Shown here: one piece after another, positions 11,083 to 19,833 of the stretch
Numbering within the stretch: position 1 is the first letter of the stretch
Layout of the letters: every line of letters starts with the position of its first letter
Assembly: GCA_964492845.1 (NCBI GenBank)
Contig: CAZBMZ010000023.1
Coordinates: 34,530-98,529 of the forward strand
DNA length: 64,000 bases
Source: an uncultured Clostridia bacterium
Lineage (GTDB): Bacteria; Acidobacteriota; Blastocatellia; Chloracidobacteriales; JADJPF01
Direction of reading: 5' to 3'
Notes under the pieces: generated by a model
What the model was told of the DNA's origin: nothing
The model's database searches: none
The model's input: the letters and a program-made list of their open reading frames with translations, nothing else
Made by a program: the position numbers and the translations under genes

Positions 11083-11700
11083 TTAAATACTAGCGAATCT
11101 TTGGACTTTTTTTTCACTTCCCTTTTTTAAATCACTTAAAACTTGCTTAGTAATTTCCTTTAATGTGTCATAAACTCCAATGCCTTTATGAGCAACAGAT
11201 TCAAAAACTGGTTCCCCTTTACGAACTAATTCATGTTTTAAGTAGTCAACAGGTAATGCAGTACTTAAGTCACGTTTATTTAATTGAAGTACATAAGGCA
11301 TAGTTGCTAAGTCGTAGCCTTGTTGACCAAGGTTATTTTCTAGGTTCCAAACAGATTCAATATTAGCATCCATTCTTTCAAATTGACTATCTGCAACAAA
11401 CACAACTCCATCAGTACCACGCAAAATCAATTTACGAGAAGCATCATAAAAAACTTGTCCAGGGACGGTATAAAGATGAAGTTTTGTTCTAAAGCCTTTG
11501 ACTGAGCCTAGTTCTAGTGGAAGAAAATCAAAAAAAAGTGTGCGTTCGGTTTCTGTAGCTAAACTAATTAATTTACCTTTGGCATGAGGTGCTGCCGTAT
11601 CATAAATATAACTAACATTTGTAGTTTTGCCCCCTAGTCCAGGCCCATAATAAATAATCTTACAATTAATTTCACGCGCTGGATAATTTATAAATGCCAT
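11083..11700 (-). CDS. mglA: MglA-family Ras-like small GTPase
   Basis: Matching motifs: 'KIIYYGPGLGGKTTN' (P-loop), 'TLFFDFLP', 'LHLYTVPGQVFY', 'DGVVFVADSQ', 'LNKRDL'. I moved the start to the ATG at 11700 ('MAFINYP...') because a strong RBS, AAGGGGAGGGG, lies 5 nt upstream of it. The ORF-track start at 11733 has no RBS. Confidence 0.85.
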   Translation of the reverse strand: MAFINYPAREINCKIIYYGPGLGGKTTNVSYIYDTAAPHAKGKLISLATETERTLFFDFLPLELGSVKGFRTKLHLYTVPGQVFYDASRKLILRGTDGVVFVADSQFERMDANIESVWNLENNLGQQGYDLATMPYVLQLNKRDLSTALPVDYLKHELVRKGEPVFESVAHKGIGVYDTLKEITKQVLSDLKKGSEKKVQRFASI

Positions 11701-11854
11701 AATTTCCCCTCCCCTTAAGTTGTTTGCAAACAAATAAATTTGTTAAGTTAGTTAACAATTAATTTTTAGCATAGTTAATAAAAAGAGCCTCTTACACCAA
11801 CTTACAAACAACTATTTGACAAGGAAGGAAAATTTTAATTTCAAAAGATAATCT

Positions 11855-13153
11855 TCAATATAAAAGTCTACTTTTGTTATGTTGAACATAAGAAGATTGT
11901 TTATAAAGATATACAGGATTATTATCAAGAAACTTCTTATTTTTTCTATAATTAAACTCTTCTATAACATCCTCTTCACTAATATTTTCTATATCTATTT
12001 TAGTAATATCTTTTTTGGCATGTTTTTTTGTTTCTTTTTTATCTAAATTATCTAAGCTATTAACTGCTATAGTTTCATTAAGATGTTGTATTTTGCTAAT
12101 TGTTTTTAATTTATTTATTGGTTTTCTTTCTTTTATTTTACTTTTTTGTATAAAGTTTTGTTGAGAAAGTTTTTTAGAGTTTGATGCTATTAAATTATCT
12201 TTTTTAACATTGGGTGTAACATAGTTATTGTTAAAATAATTTACTTTTTGGTTTTCTATTTTGCTATCAAGTTCACTGCGAGCAATTAAAAGCTCATCTA
12301 AAACTTCTTGTACTGATTGAGTGCGGTTATCTGGATTTTTTTGCATTATTTTTGCTAAAAGTTGTCGCAGGCGAGTAGGTATTTCTTCTGATAGTTCTGT
12401 TGGGTTATTGAATACTACTTGATAAAGTGATTGCATATCATCTTCTTCATCAAAAGCTAGACGATGACTTAAAAGTTCATAAAATACTGAGCCAAAAGAA
12501 AAAATATCTGAGCGACAATCTAAATCTCTACCTCGGGCTTGTTCAGGTGACATATAACGAGGAGTCCCAACAACTAAACCTATTTTAGTTTCAAATTTGC
12601 TAAGGTTTTCTTTTTCGCTAACAGGTTTAGCTAAACCAAAATCTAAAATTTTTAAGTATCCATCTTTACGTAACATAAAATTATCTAGTTTTAAGTCACG
12701 ATGAATAATACCTGCATTGTGCATAGCTAAAAGCCCTTGAGCTAGTTGTATAGCTATATCTAAGGCTAAAGCTAAATTCATTTTGTTATCACTAAGCACT
12801 TCTCTTAAAGTTTGTCCATCTACATACTCCATTACCAAAAATGGTTTTTCATTTTCTACAACAATATCATAAATACTTAATATATTTGGATGATTAAGAG
12901 CCGAAGCCATTTGAGCTTCTCTAAAAAACCTGGCTTTATGTTCACTATTAAAAAAATTGCTTTGGGATAAAGTTTTTACTGCTACTAAACGGTTGAGATG
13001 CAGATCTTTAGCTAAATAAACTTGTCCCATTCCTCCACAACCTAACAATTCTATAATTTCATATTTATCAACAATCACTGTCCCAAAATCAATAAAACTA
13101 TCATCCTCAACATAGCCTGCATAAGTATTTCCAATATTGTTAGAATTTTTCAT
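11855..13153 (-). CDS. Ser/Thr protein kinase (Hanks type) with a Lys/Asn-rich low-complexity C-terminal tail
   Basis: Kinase motifs 'GCGGMGQVYLAKD', 'VAVKTL', 'HRDLKLDNFML', 'DFGLAK', 'GTPRYMSPEQ'. No predicted TM segment. Confidence 0.85.
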   Translation of the reverse strand: MKNSNNIGNTYAGYVEDDSFIDFGTVIVDKYEIIELLGCGGMGQVYLAKDLHLNRLVAVKTLSQSNFFNSEHKARFFREAQMASALNHPNILSIYDIVVENEKPFLVMEYVDGQTLREVLSDNKMNLALALDIAIQLAQGLLAMHNAGIIHRDLKLDNFMLRKDGYLKILDFGLAKPVSEKENLSKFETKIGLVVGTPRYMSPEQARGRDLDCRSDIFSFGSVFYELLSHRLAFDEEDDMQSLYQVVFNNPTELSEEIPTRLRQLLAKIMQKNPDNRTQSVQEVLDELLIARSELDSKIENQKVNYFNNNYVTPNVKKDNLIASNSKKLSQQNFIQKSKIKERKPINKLKTISKIQHLNETIAVNSLDNLDKKETKKHAKKDITKIDIENISEEDVIEEFNYRKNKKFLDNNPVYLYKQSSYVQHNKSRLLY

Positions 13154-13513
13154 AAAACTTCCTTTAAGAACCTAATTATTTTTTGGATTGTTTTTTGTTA
13201 GTTATGATTTTATAAGACGAAAAACTTTTCTAAATCTATACAAATAATTAAAAAATTTTGCCTAGATTATTTTAATCAATAAAAAATATCTAAACGTAGT
13301 ATTTACACATAGTTATTTGACTTTGCATATTTACTTATTAAGTTAAACAAATGATACAAAATTTTTACATAAAGAAAGTTTTTAATTCTTTATCTTGTTT
13401 ATTTTATGAGTTACAATAACTTTTCCCACGACTAAAAATTATTGCTCAAGCACAACTATATTAAAACTATTTAATCAATATCATTTTAATTTTGTTAACT
13501 ATATTAAGGAGTT

Positions 13514-14170
13514 ATGATGAGGAAACTTTATCTAACCTTATTTTTAACCTTAGCTTGTATTGACATAACCTTAGCACAAGAAAAATCCAAAAGCTTAACA
13601 ATGGATGATGTATCTCCATCACAAACTAGCACTACCCCAAGTTCAGCAGATACTTCTAAAACAACTTCTAAAACTTCTAAAACTTCTAAAAACCCATCAA
13701 ATGATCCATTAGAAAATATTTGGCAAGATAGAATGAATGAAGCCGAATTAAAAGTTCTAACGGCTGAACTTAGAAGTGCGCTTGCTAGTAGAAGTTCAGA
13801 GTCTGTAATAGAGTTAAACCGACAAAGACAATTTATGGCTGAACTTGCTAATGAAGGTAGCAAAAAGAACTATAAAGCTGATAAATCTTTGGAAGTAACC
13901 TACCGAGAGCGTTACGTTAAATTACGCATAGAAATGATGGACGAAGCGCGTATTGATCCTAGTGCTAGTGAAACTCAACTGCTTTATACTGACGCTAAGA
14001 AATCTCGTAAGAAAAAACTTAAAACTCCTAGAGGGCAAAATATTCCAAACCTTGACACTAAAGCTGTTAAAGTCCACCAAACAAAGATGGACAAGATGAT
14101 AGCTAAAATGGAAGACCTAGTAGAAGAAGGACGACGAGCAGGAGTAGCAGCAAAAATTTTTGAAGACTAA
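13514..14170 (+). CDS. Secreted hypothetical protein: signal peptide, Ser/Thr/Lys-rich linker and a charged, probably coiled-coil C-terminal part
   Basis: RBS AAGGAG upstream. Signal peptide 'LYLTLFLTLACIDITLAQE'. I recognise no family. Confidence 0.55.
   Translation: MMRKLYLTLFLTLACIDITLAQEKSKSLTMDDVSPSQTSTTPSSADTSKTTSKTSKTSKNPSNDPLENIWQDRMNEAELKVLTAELRSALASRSSESVIELNRQRQFMAELANEGSKKNYKADKSLEVTYRERYVKLRIEMMDEARIDPSASETQLLYTDAKKSRKKKLKTPRGQNIPNLDTKAVKVHQTKMDKMIAKMEDLVEEGRRAGVAAKIFED
13652..13690 (+). repeat. In-frame 9-bp tandem repeat ACTTCTAAA encoding (TSK)n. Three perfect contiguous copies plus one offset copy.
   Basis: Copies at 13652-13660, 13664-13672, 13673-13681 and 13682-13690, read directly from the sequence. 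Confidence 0.8.
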
Positions 14171-14223
14171 AAATTCTCTTAATTAAACAAACTTTAATAT
14201 TTTCAATATTTTAAGGAGACTAT

Positions 14224-14739
14224 ATGTTAAAAGCTTCTTCCCAAAAAGGCTTTTCTCTACTTGAAATACTTTTAGTTGTAGTTCTTTTAGCCATTCTTAC
14301 AGCTATTGCTGTTCCTAATTTGATTGCTGCACGAAAAGCAGCACATGAAGGAAGGGCAATTGCTCATCTTAAAACACTAAATAATGTCCAAGCTTTGTAT
14401 TATCAAAGCAATGATAAATTTGCAATTATAGATAATCTTTATAAAAGTGATTTACTAGCCCCTGGTCAATTTATAAGAAAAGTTAATAATAGTAATGGTG
14501 CAACAGAAATAATCTCTGATGGATTTTATGATTATAGCTTTCGCTATACGGCTGATGCTATGGCTTATACACTAGATGCTGATCCTAAAACAAATCTACG
14601 TGGCAGCTATAGATATTTTAGATATCGTGCTAGCCGTACTACTACAGGCGGCGCAGGTGGTGCAGGAGAACTTATTTTATTTGCCTTGCCAAGACCAGAT
14701 TCGCCCCCAACTTCAGCTTATAAAATTTTTAATCCATAA
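14224..14739 (+). CDS. Type IV pilin-like / pseudopilin protein with a prepilin N-terminal cleavage/methylation domain
   Basis: Classic class III signal 'QKG|FSLLEILLVVVLLAILTAIAVPNL' with Glu at +5. RBS AAGGAG upstream. Confidence 0.75.
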   Translation: MLKASSQKGFSLLEILLVVVLLAILTAIAVPNLIAARKAAHEGRAIAHLKTLNNVQALYYQSNDKFAIIDNLYKSDLLAPGQFIRKVNNSNGATEIISDGFYDYSFRYTADAMAYTLDADPKTNLRGSYRYFRYRASRTTTGGAGGAGELILFALPRPDSPPTSAYKIFNP

Positions 14740-14758
14740 AAATTATTGAGGAATTATC

Positions 14759-15982
14759 ATGTTTTTTATGTCCAGATTTATAGTAATTTTCTTTGCACTA
14801 ATTTTTGCTATCTCTGCTCAAGCTCAAATTTCTAAGTCTAATAAACCTACTTCTAACTCTATTTCACCAAATGCCAACAAACCTATTGAAGTTTATTTTG
14901 GGCCAAAAGCAACAAATGACACTACTAGCGTTTTTTATAACTTAATTCGTTTTTTTGACTCTGCAAAAGTCTCGCTTTATGGCTCTGCTCATGAAATAGA
15001 TATGATTGCTGTTGCAGAAAAACTAATTGAACGTGCAGAAGCAGGTGTTGATGTTCAAGTAGTTGTAGAGTCCAGATGGCTAACTTTACCTAAAAATAGT
15101 GCTTCTGTAAATCTCCTAAAGAATAGTAAAGTAAAACTTATACCTGACACTAAAAAATCTGGCTTGATGCACAATAAATTTTTTATTGCTGATGGAAAAA
15201 GACTTTGGACAGGCTCAACAAACCTAACAGAACATTGTTTGCTATTTAATTACAACAATGGTGTTTGGGTAGAAGATGCAAAAGTAGCTCAAAATTTCCT
15301 TACAGAATTTTATGAACAACGTGAAGGAAAATTTGGTAAAAAAGGTTCAGGTAAACCAAATACTCCTTATCCTTCACTTACAATAGGTTCTGCACGTGTA
15401 TTTACTTATTTTAGCCCTGAAGATACTCCAATACCTCAAATAATTTCAATGATTGGCCGTGCTAAAAAGAGTGTAGATATAATGTGTTTTGTTTTTTCTT
15501 CACAAGAAATTTCTGAAGCTCTAATTGCAGCACATAAACGAGGTGTTAAGGTTAGGGTGCTTTTTGATAATAGCTTTAGCTCTCCCGGCTCAACGGCTCG
15601 TTGGCGTTATGTCCCATTTAAGACACTAGGCGAGGCTGGCATAACTGTTAAATATGACAACGAAGCAGCCAAAATACATCACAAAATAATTATTGTAGAT
15701 AGCCTGGAAGTTCTTACAGGTAGTTTTAATTTGTCTAACAATGCAGCTAAGTCCAATGATGAGAATTTGTTAATAATTGCTTCTGCTGAAATAGGAGATG
15801 TTTACCAAAAAGAATTTGACCGTCTTTGGAATTTCTTTAATGGAGAGCCTGGAGAAGAAGTAGTTCCTGATGAAGAAGATCTTGAAAACGGCGCAGACCC
15901 TGCACCTACAAAAACAGATGACGACGATGACGACAAACCTAATAAACCAGAAATCAAAGAAAATAAGCCTAATCTGGAGTAG
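14759..15982 (+). CDS. Secreted phospholipase D superfamily phosphodiesterase with two HKD motifs (Nuc-like nuclease or phospholipase) and an acidic/Lys-rich tail
   Basis: Signal peptide 'FIVIFFALIFAISAQAQ'. HKD motifs 'HNKFFIADGKRLWTGSTNLT' and 'HHKIIIVDSLEVLTGSFNLSNNA'. C-terminal tail 'TDDDDDDKPNKPEIKENKPN'. Confidence 0.8.
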   Translation: MFFMSRFIVIFFALIFAISAQAQISKSNKPTSNSISPNANKPIEVYFGPKATNDTTSVFYNLIRFFDSAKVSLYGSAHEIDMIAVAEKLIERAEAGVDVQVVVESRWLTLPKNSASVNLLKNSKVKLIPDTKKSGLMHNKFFIADGKRLWTGSTNLTEHCLLFNYNNGVWVEDAKVAQNFLTEFYEQREGKFGKKGSGKPNTPYPSLTIGSARVFTYFSPEDTPIPQIISMIGRAKKSVDIMCFVFSSQEISEALIAAHKRGVKVRVLFDNSFSSPGSTARWRYVPFKTLGEAGITVKYDNEAAKIHHKIIIVDSLEVLTGSFNLSNNAAKSNDENLLIIASAEIGDVYQKEFDRLWNFFNGEPGEEVVPDEEDLENGADPAPTKTDDDDDDKPNKPEIKENKPNLE

Positions 15983-15985
15983 AAC

Positions 15986-16759
15986 ATGCTAAGGAAAATA
16001 ACAGTAATTTTAATCACTCTGCTAATAATTTTTTCTATCACTTTTACTACATTTGAAACAAATCTTTTTGCTCAAGAAACTTCTAAAAAGACAAGTCAGC
16101 AAGGCTTCCAAGCAGAAGTTATTAAAGTTGTTGATGGCGATACAATTAAAATACGTCGTAGTGGTGCGCATAAACAAGAAACAATTAGACTTATAGGTCT
16201 AGAGTCTCCAGAAGTTTCATCACGTGAGCAAACAGGACAAGAACCATTTGGAGTAATGGCACAACAATTTTTGTCTGTTGCTATTACCCGCAGAATTGTA
16301 AGAATTGAACAAGACGTTCAAAAAGAGGCTGAAACAGGCGAAATTCTTGGTTATGTTTGGCTAGATGATAAATTAATGAATGAGGAAATGTTAAAGGCAG
16401 GCTTAGCCGTTTTGGTAACAAATCCGCCAAATGTAAAGTATGTTGAGCGATTTCAAAAAGCCCAAACAACTGCACGGGAACAAAAAAAAGCTATTTGGAA
16501 CCCAGATACACCACTTGCACAAAGTCCAAGCGAGTTTCGCAGTAATAAACGAGAAGTTACCGCCGTACAAAGTGAAAAAGAATCTGCCTTAGAAATACCT
16601 GACTATGTAGCAGGTTGTATTATTGGCAATCGCAAAACCAAAAAATTTCATGTTCCTGAAGGTCGTTACTACAACCAAGCTAAAGAATCAAAAAATAAAG
16701 TATTTTTCAAAACTGCTGCCGATGCTGAAAAAGCAGGCTATATAAAGTCGGCTCGCTAA
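15986..16759 (+). CDS. Secreted staphylococcal-nuclease-like (SNase/thermonuclease) protein with a short C-terminal appendage
   Basis: Signal peptide present. SNase motifs 'VIKVVDGDTIKI' and 'IRLIGLESPE'. Starts 3 nt after the stop of the PLD gene. Confidence 0.8.
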   Translation: MLRKITVILITLLIIFSITFTTFETNLFAQETSKKTSQQGFQAEVIKVVDGDTIKIRRSGAHKQETIRLIGLESPEVSSREQTGQEPFGVMAQQFLSVAITRRIVRIEQDVQKEAETGEILGYVWLDDKLMNEEMLKAGLAVLVTNPPNVKYVERFQKAQTTAREQKKAIWNPDTPLAQSPSEFRSNKREVTAVQSEKESALEIPDYVAGCIIGNRKTKKFHVPEGRYYNQAKESKNKVFFKTAADAEKAGYIKSAR

Positions 16760-16772
16760 GATTTTATAAATT

Positions 16773-18620
16773 ATGAAAACAACAATTACTATAGACCTAA
16801 AAAAAATAATCCCTATTTCCCTGCTTCTTATAATTGCTTTGCTAGCAAATAAGACTTACCAAAACGCTTCTATTGCTGCTACAAACTCTTCTATCACTAC
16901 AACTTCTGCAAGCCTTCAACCAACAACTACATTTATTACTGGTACAAAATGGGTGCCTGGCACATTTGAAATTCACCATATTTATGTTGGTCAAGGTGAT
17001 TCTGTATTGTTTATTGCACCTAATGGAAAAACCTTACTTTATGATATTGGGGAACGAGATTGGCCCCTTCATGAAAATGCTCAATTAGTTTCTGAATACA
17101 TAGAGCAAGTTACAGGAAAAAAAGAAATTGATTATCTTGTCCTAAGTCATTATCACCAAGACCATGTAGGCAATAGCAAAGTTACTGAAAGCGGCGGACG
17201 TTATGATGGGGGTATTTTTTGGCTGCTTAAAAATCGTAAGCTAAAAATAGGTAAAGTAATTGATAGAGGTTTTGAACCAATACTTCCTAAAACTCCAATA
17301 GCAGTAAAATATAAAGAATTTGCAGAAAGTGAAGACGGCAAAAAGCTACTTGTTAGAGAAACTGCCCGTTTAGGTGTAGGTCAAATTGATTTAGGTAAAG
17401 AATTAATTATTGATGTAGTTGCAGTTAATGGAAAAACTCATAAAGATGGGAAAGAAATTGTAGTTCTTCCAGAATCAGAAATTAAAGCCGATCCTCCACC
17501 ATCAGAAAACGACTTATCCTTATGCTTAAAAATATCATGGAATGATTTTGAGTATTTTATAGGTGGGGATCTTTCAGGCCAAGAACTGACTTCAAAATAT
17601 GGCTATAAATATCATGATGTTGAAAGTGGTATAACCGAGGCGGTTGGAAACGTGGAAGTTTACCGAGTAAGTCATCATGGCTCAGACCATTCAAGCAATG
17701 AAAAGTTTGTAACTGCAATTGATCCAGAAGTGTCAATAAATTCTTCTGGAACGGCTAATCGTTTTGGTCATCCTCGTCAAAGTGTTATTGACCGCTTACT
17801 TGCAACAGGAGATCTTTTTATCACTGCTAAAGAAGGTGGCGTGTCTACAGCACAATATAAACGCTCTGTAGAAGGTGGAACTTCAATTGTTAGAGTATTT
17901 AACCAAGGCTACAACTATGAAGTTTCAATGGTTAGGTCTTATCGTAGTTTTTCTGACAAAGACGAAGAAAAACATTTAGACCAAATACTTGACTATGAAC
18001 AAGATCGTGTTCGCTATGAAGAAACCACTGGAACACGAAAAATAGAAGAAAATGATGAAGGAATGGAATCAGGAGATGTAAAGGCTGGAACTAGTGGACT
18101 TAAAGAAAAAGGTGAATCTATGGGAAAAGCGGCTAATGAACCTGACCTTAGCAATGAGCCTATAGAAAAAAATGGCTTTCCACGCCTTAGAGCCAAAGAA
18201 CACAGCAAGTTACAAGAATATATTGGCAAAAAAATTTATGTTTGGGGAAAAGTTACCTCTACATTTACCCCTGCTTCAAATAAAGTAAAATTCTTAAATG
18301 TAGATACTGAAGATTTAAGTAAATCTTTTACCATAGTAATTTTTAATAAAGATTGGCCTAATTTCTTTGAAACTCCTGGTGTAGGAGATCCTTGTAAATA
18401 TTATCAAGGTAAATGGATTGAGCTAAGCGGTTTAATAATCGCTTATGAACCAGGTGAGAAAAATAAAGCTAATGAAAAAAATAAGACTGATGAAAAGCCG
18501 ACTGAGAAAGCCGACAGTGCTTCAAGTGAGAAAAAAGCTGACAAGGTTAAAAAACTAGAAATGATTATTTCTAGACCGGATCAAATAGAAGTTCTTCCTT
18601 TCCGCGAGGAAAACCGCTAG
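16773..18620 (+). CDS. Secreted metallo-beta-lactamase-fold hydrolase (ComEC/Rec2-like MBL domain) with a C-terminal OB-fold-like domain and a Lys/Glu-rich tail
   Basis: Signal peptide 'ISLLLIIALLA'. MBL motifs 'GQGDSVLFIAPNGKTLLYDIG', 'LSHYHQDHVG', 'VSHHGSDHS'. The C-terminal 'KIYVWGKVTSTF...VKFLNVD...FTIVIFNKDW...GKWIELSGLIIAY' resembles an OB fold. Confidence 0.7.
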   Translation: MKTTITIDLKKIIPISLLLIIALLANKTYQNASIAATNSSITTTSASLQPTTTFITGTKWVPGTFEIHHIYVGQGDSVLFIAPNGKTLLYDIGERDWPLHENAQLVSEYIEQVTGKKEIDYLVLSHYHQDHVGNSKVTESGGRYDGGIFWLLKNRKLKIGKVIDRGFEPILPKTPIAVKYKEFAESEDGKKLLVRETARLGVGQIDLGKELIIDVVAVNGKTHKDGKEIVVLPESEIKADPPPSENDLSLCLKISWNDFEYFIGGDLSGQELTSKYGYKYHDVESGITEAVGNVEVYRVSHHGSDHSSNEKFVTAIDPEVSINSSGTANRFGHPRQSVIDRLLATGDLFITAKEGGVSTAQYKRSVEGGTSIVRVFNQGYNYEVSMVRSYRSFSDKDEEKHLDQILDYEQDRVRYEETTGTRKIEENDEGMESGDVKAGTSGLKEKGESMGKAANEPDLSNEPIEKNGFPRLRAKEHSKLQEYIGKKIYVWGKVTSTFTPASNKVKFLNVDTEDLSKSFTIVIFNKDWPNFFETPGVGDPCKYYQGKWIELSGLIIAYEPGEKNKANEKNKTDEKPTEKADSASSEKKADKVKKLEMIISRPDQIEVLPFREENR

Positions 18621-18627
18621 AGGCCCT

Positions 18628-19827
18628 ATGCAAGATAATACAAAAAATAAAGTTAATGGAGCAATTATTAGCTCAAGGCTAACTTTTGTTGAAAAACGAT
18701 GGGGTAATACTGCCAAGCAAAAGCTTGTTAATCAATTACCTCTTAAAGATAAAAAACTTGTTGATAGCCCAATCTTTGAAAACAGTTGGTTTGAATTTAG
18801 CACTTTAGAACTTTTTGACAAGATGATCCTTGAAGATTTTGCTTATGGTGATATGTCTGTGCTAAGGGATTTGGGGCGTTTTAGTGCAGAGTTTAATTTT
18901 TGGCGGCTTCCAGACTCAGTAACTAGCCAAAAGGCTGAAGAACTTTTTAAGAATGCTCCTAGAATTAATGTAATATTTCAAAACTTTGGAGATTGTGACG
19001 TTGAAATACTTCCTGATAAAGGTGGAATAAAACAAGTTGCATTAACTTATCGCTATGAAATACCAGTAAGTGAAAACTATTGTGCTAGTGCTTTAGGATA
19101 TTTTGAAAAACTTCTTGAGCAACTAGGTTTTAGCGTAGTAGAAATAAAAGAAACTGAGTGTCAATCAAAAGGTGGTTCAGCACATCGTTATGAAGTTTCC
19201 TGGATAGCTCAACAGTTGGCAGAAAAAGTTATTACCAAAGAAGAAAGCTATAAATCTTTTAAGGGAACTAGAGAATTAAAAGCCCCTTCTACAGTTACAA
19301 GTATTTCCAATACATCTGAAGATTCATTTACTTCTAAATCTAGCAAGCCAGAAATCTCTTATACAACTCTTAAAGCACCTCTTACAATAGATAGAAAAGA
19401 TTCTCCAAAGTTTAGCTGGCGAATACCTATATTAATTGGCCTAATATTAATTACTTCTATTGTTGGACTTGCTCAATGGTTACTTGCTCCTAAAATAGAA
19501 GACCCTACCCTTAAAGAAAAAATATATGCTTATAACTGTGTAGGTAATTTAGCAATTACTTTAAGACTAGATAAACCTTTCTTACTAGTTAATTCAAAAG
19601 AAGAGCTTAAAAATTTATTAACTTCTTTTGAAGATAAAGGAAAAAAATATTCTCTAAAAACAAAAACTCTACCTGCTAATGCAGTTATAGAGCTAAGTTT
19701 AGGTGAATTTATTAGTGCTGATAACAAAACCTTAGAAGTTGAATTAATTCCTGATGTCGTCTCTTTATCAGCAGAAACAGCAGCAGAAAAACAAAATTGT
19801 GTTTGTAAATCTATAGGAGGAAATTAA
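18628..19827 (+). CDS. Hypothetical single-pass membrane protein: cytoplasmic N-terminal domain, one TM segment, extracytoplasmic C-terminal domain
   Basis: TM segment 'IPILIGLILITSIVGLAQWLLAP'. Begins 7 nt after the MBL gene. The N-terminal domain is vaguely reminiscent of a ligand-binding fold (DUF2378/H-NOX-like), but I am not confident of that. Confidence 0.5.
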   Translation: MQDNTKNKVNGAIISSRLTFVEKRWGNTAKQKLVNQLPLKDKKLVDSPIFENSWFEFSTLELFDKMILEDFAYGDMSVLRDLGRFSAEFNFWRLPDSVTSQKAEELFKNAPRINVIFQNFGDCDVEILPDKGGIKQVALTYRYEIPVSENYCASALGYFEKLLEQLGFSVVEIKETECQSKGGSAHRYEVSWIAQQLAEKVITKEESYKSFKGTRELKAPSTVTSISNTSEDSFTSKSSKPEISYTTLKAPLTIDRKDSPKFSWRIPILIGLILITSIVGLAQWLLAPKIEDPTLKEKIYAYNCVGNLAITLRLDKPFLLVNSKEELKNLLTSFEDKGKKYSLKTKTLPANAVIELSLGEFISADNKTLEVELIPDVVSLSAETAAEKQNCVCKSIGGN

Positions 19828-19833
19828 AAAAGC

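Noticed and set aside
11701-11733. ORF-track start of mglA at 11733 ('MFANNLRGGEI...')
   Set aside because: The extension contains the Shine-Dalgarno sequence (AAGGGGAGGGG) for the ATG at 11700, and MglA proteins start near 'M.FIN'. I chose the shorter form.
15802-16041. Miscellaneous short overlapping ORFs from the track (15802-16041, 16284-16475, 16873-17088, 18014-18229, 19530-19727, 22818-23030, 28728-28943, 29262-29519, 49561-49791, 50584-50823, 51299-51532, 55719-55904, 58234-58446, 63509-63700, 5924-6112, 13528-13863)
   Set aside because: All lie inside or antisense to well-supported genes, are 61-111 aa long, and have no RBS or recognisable motif.
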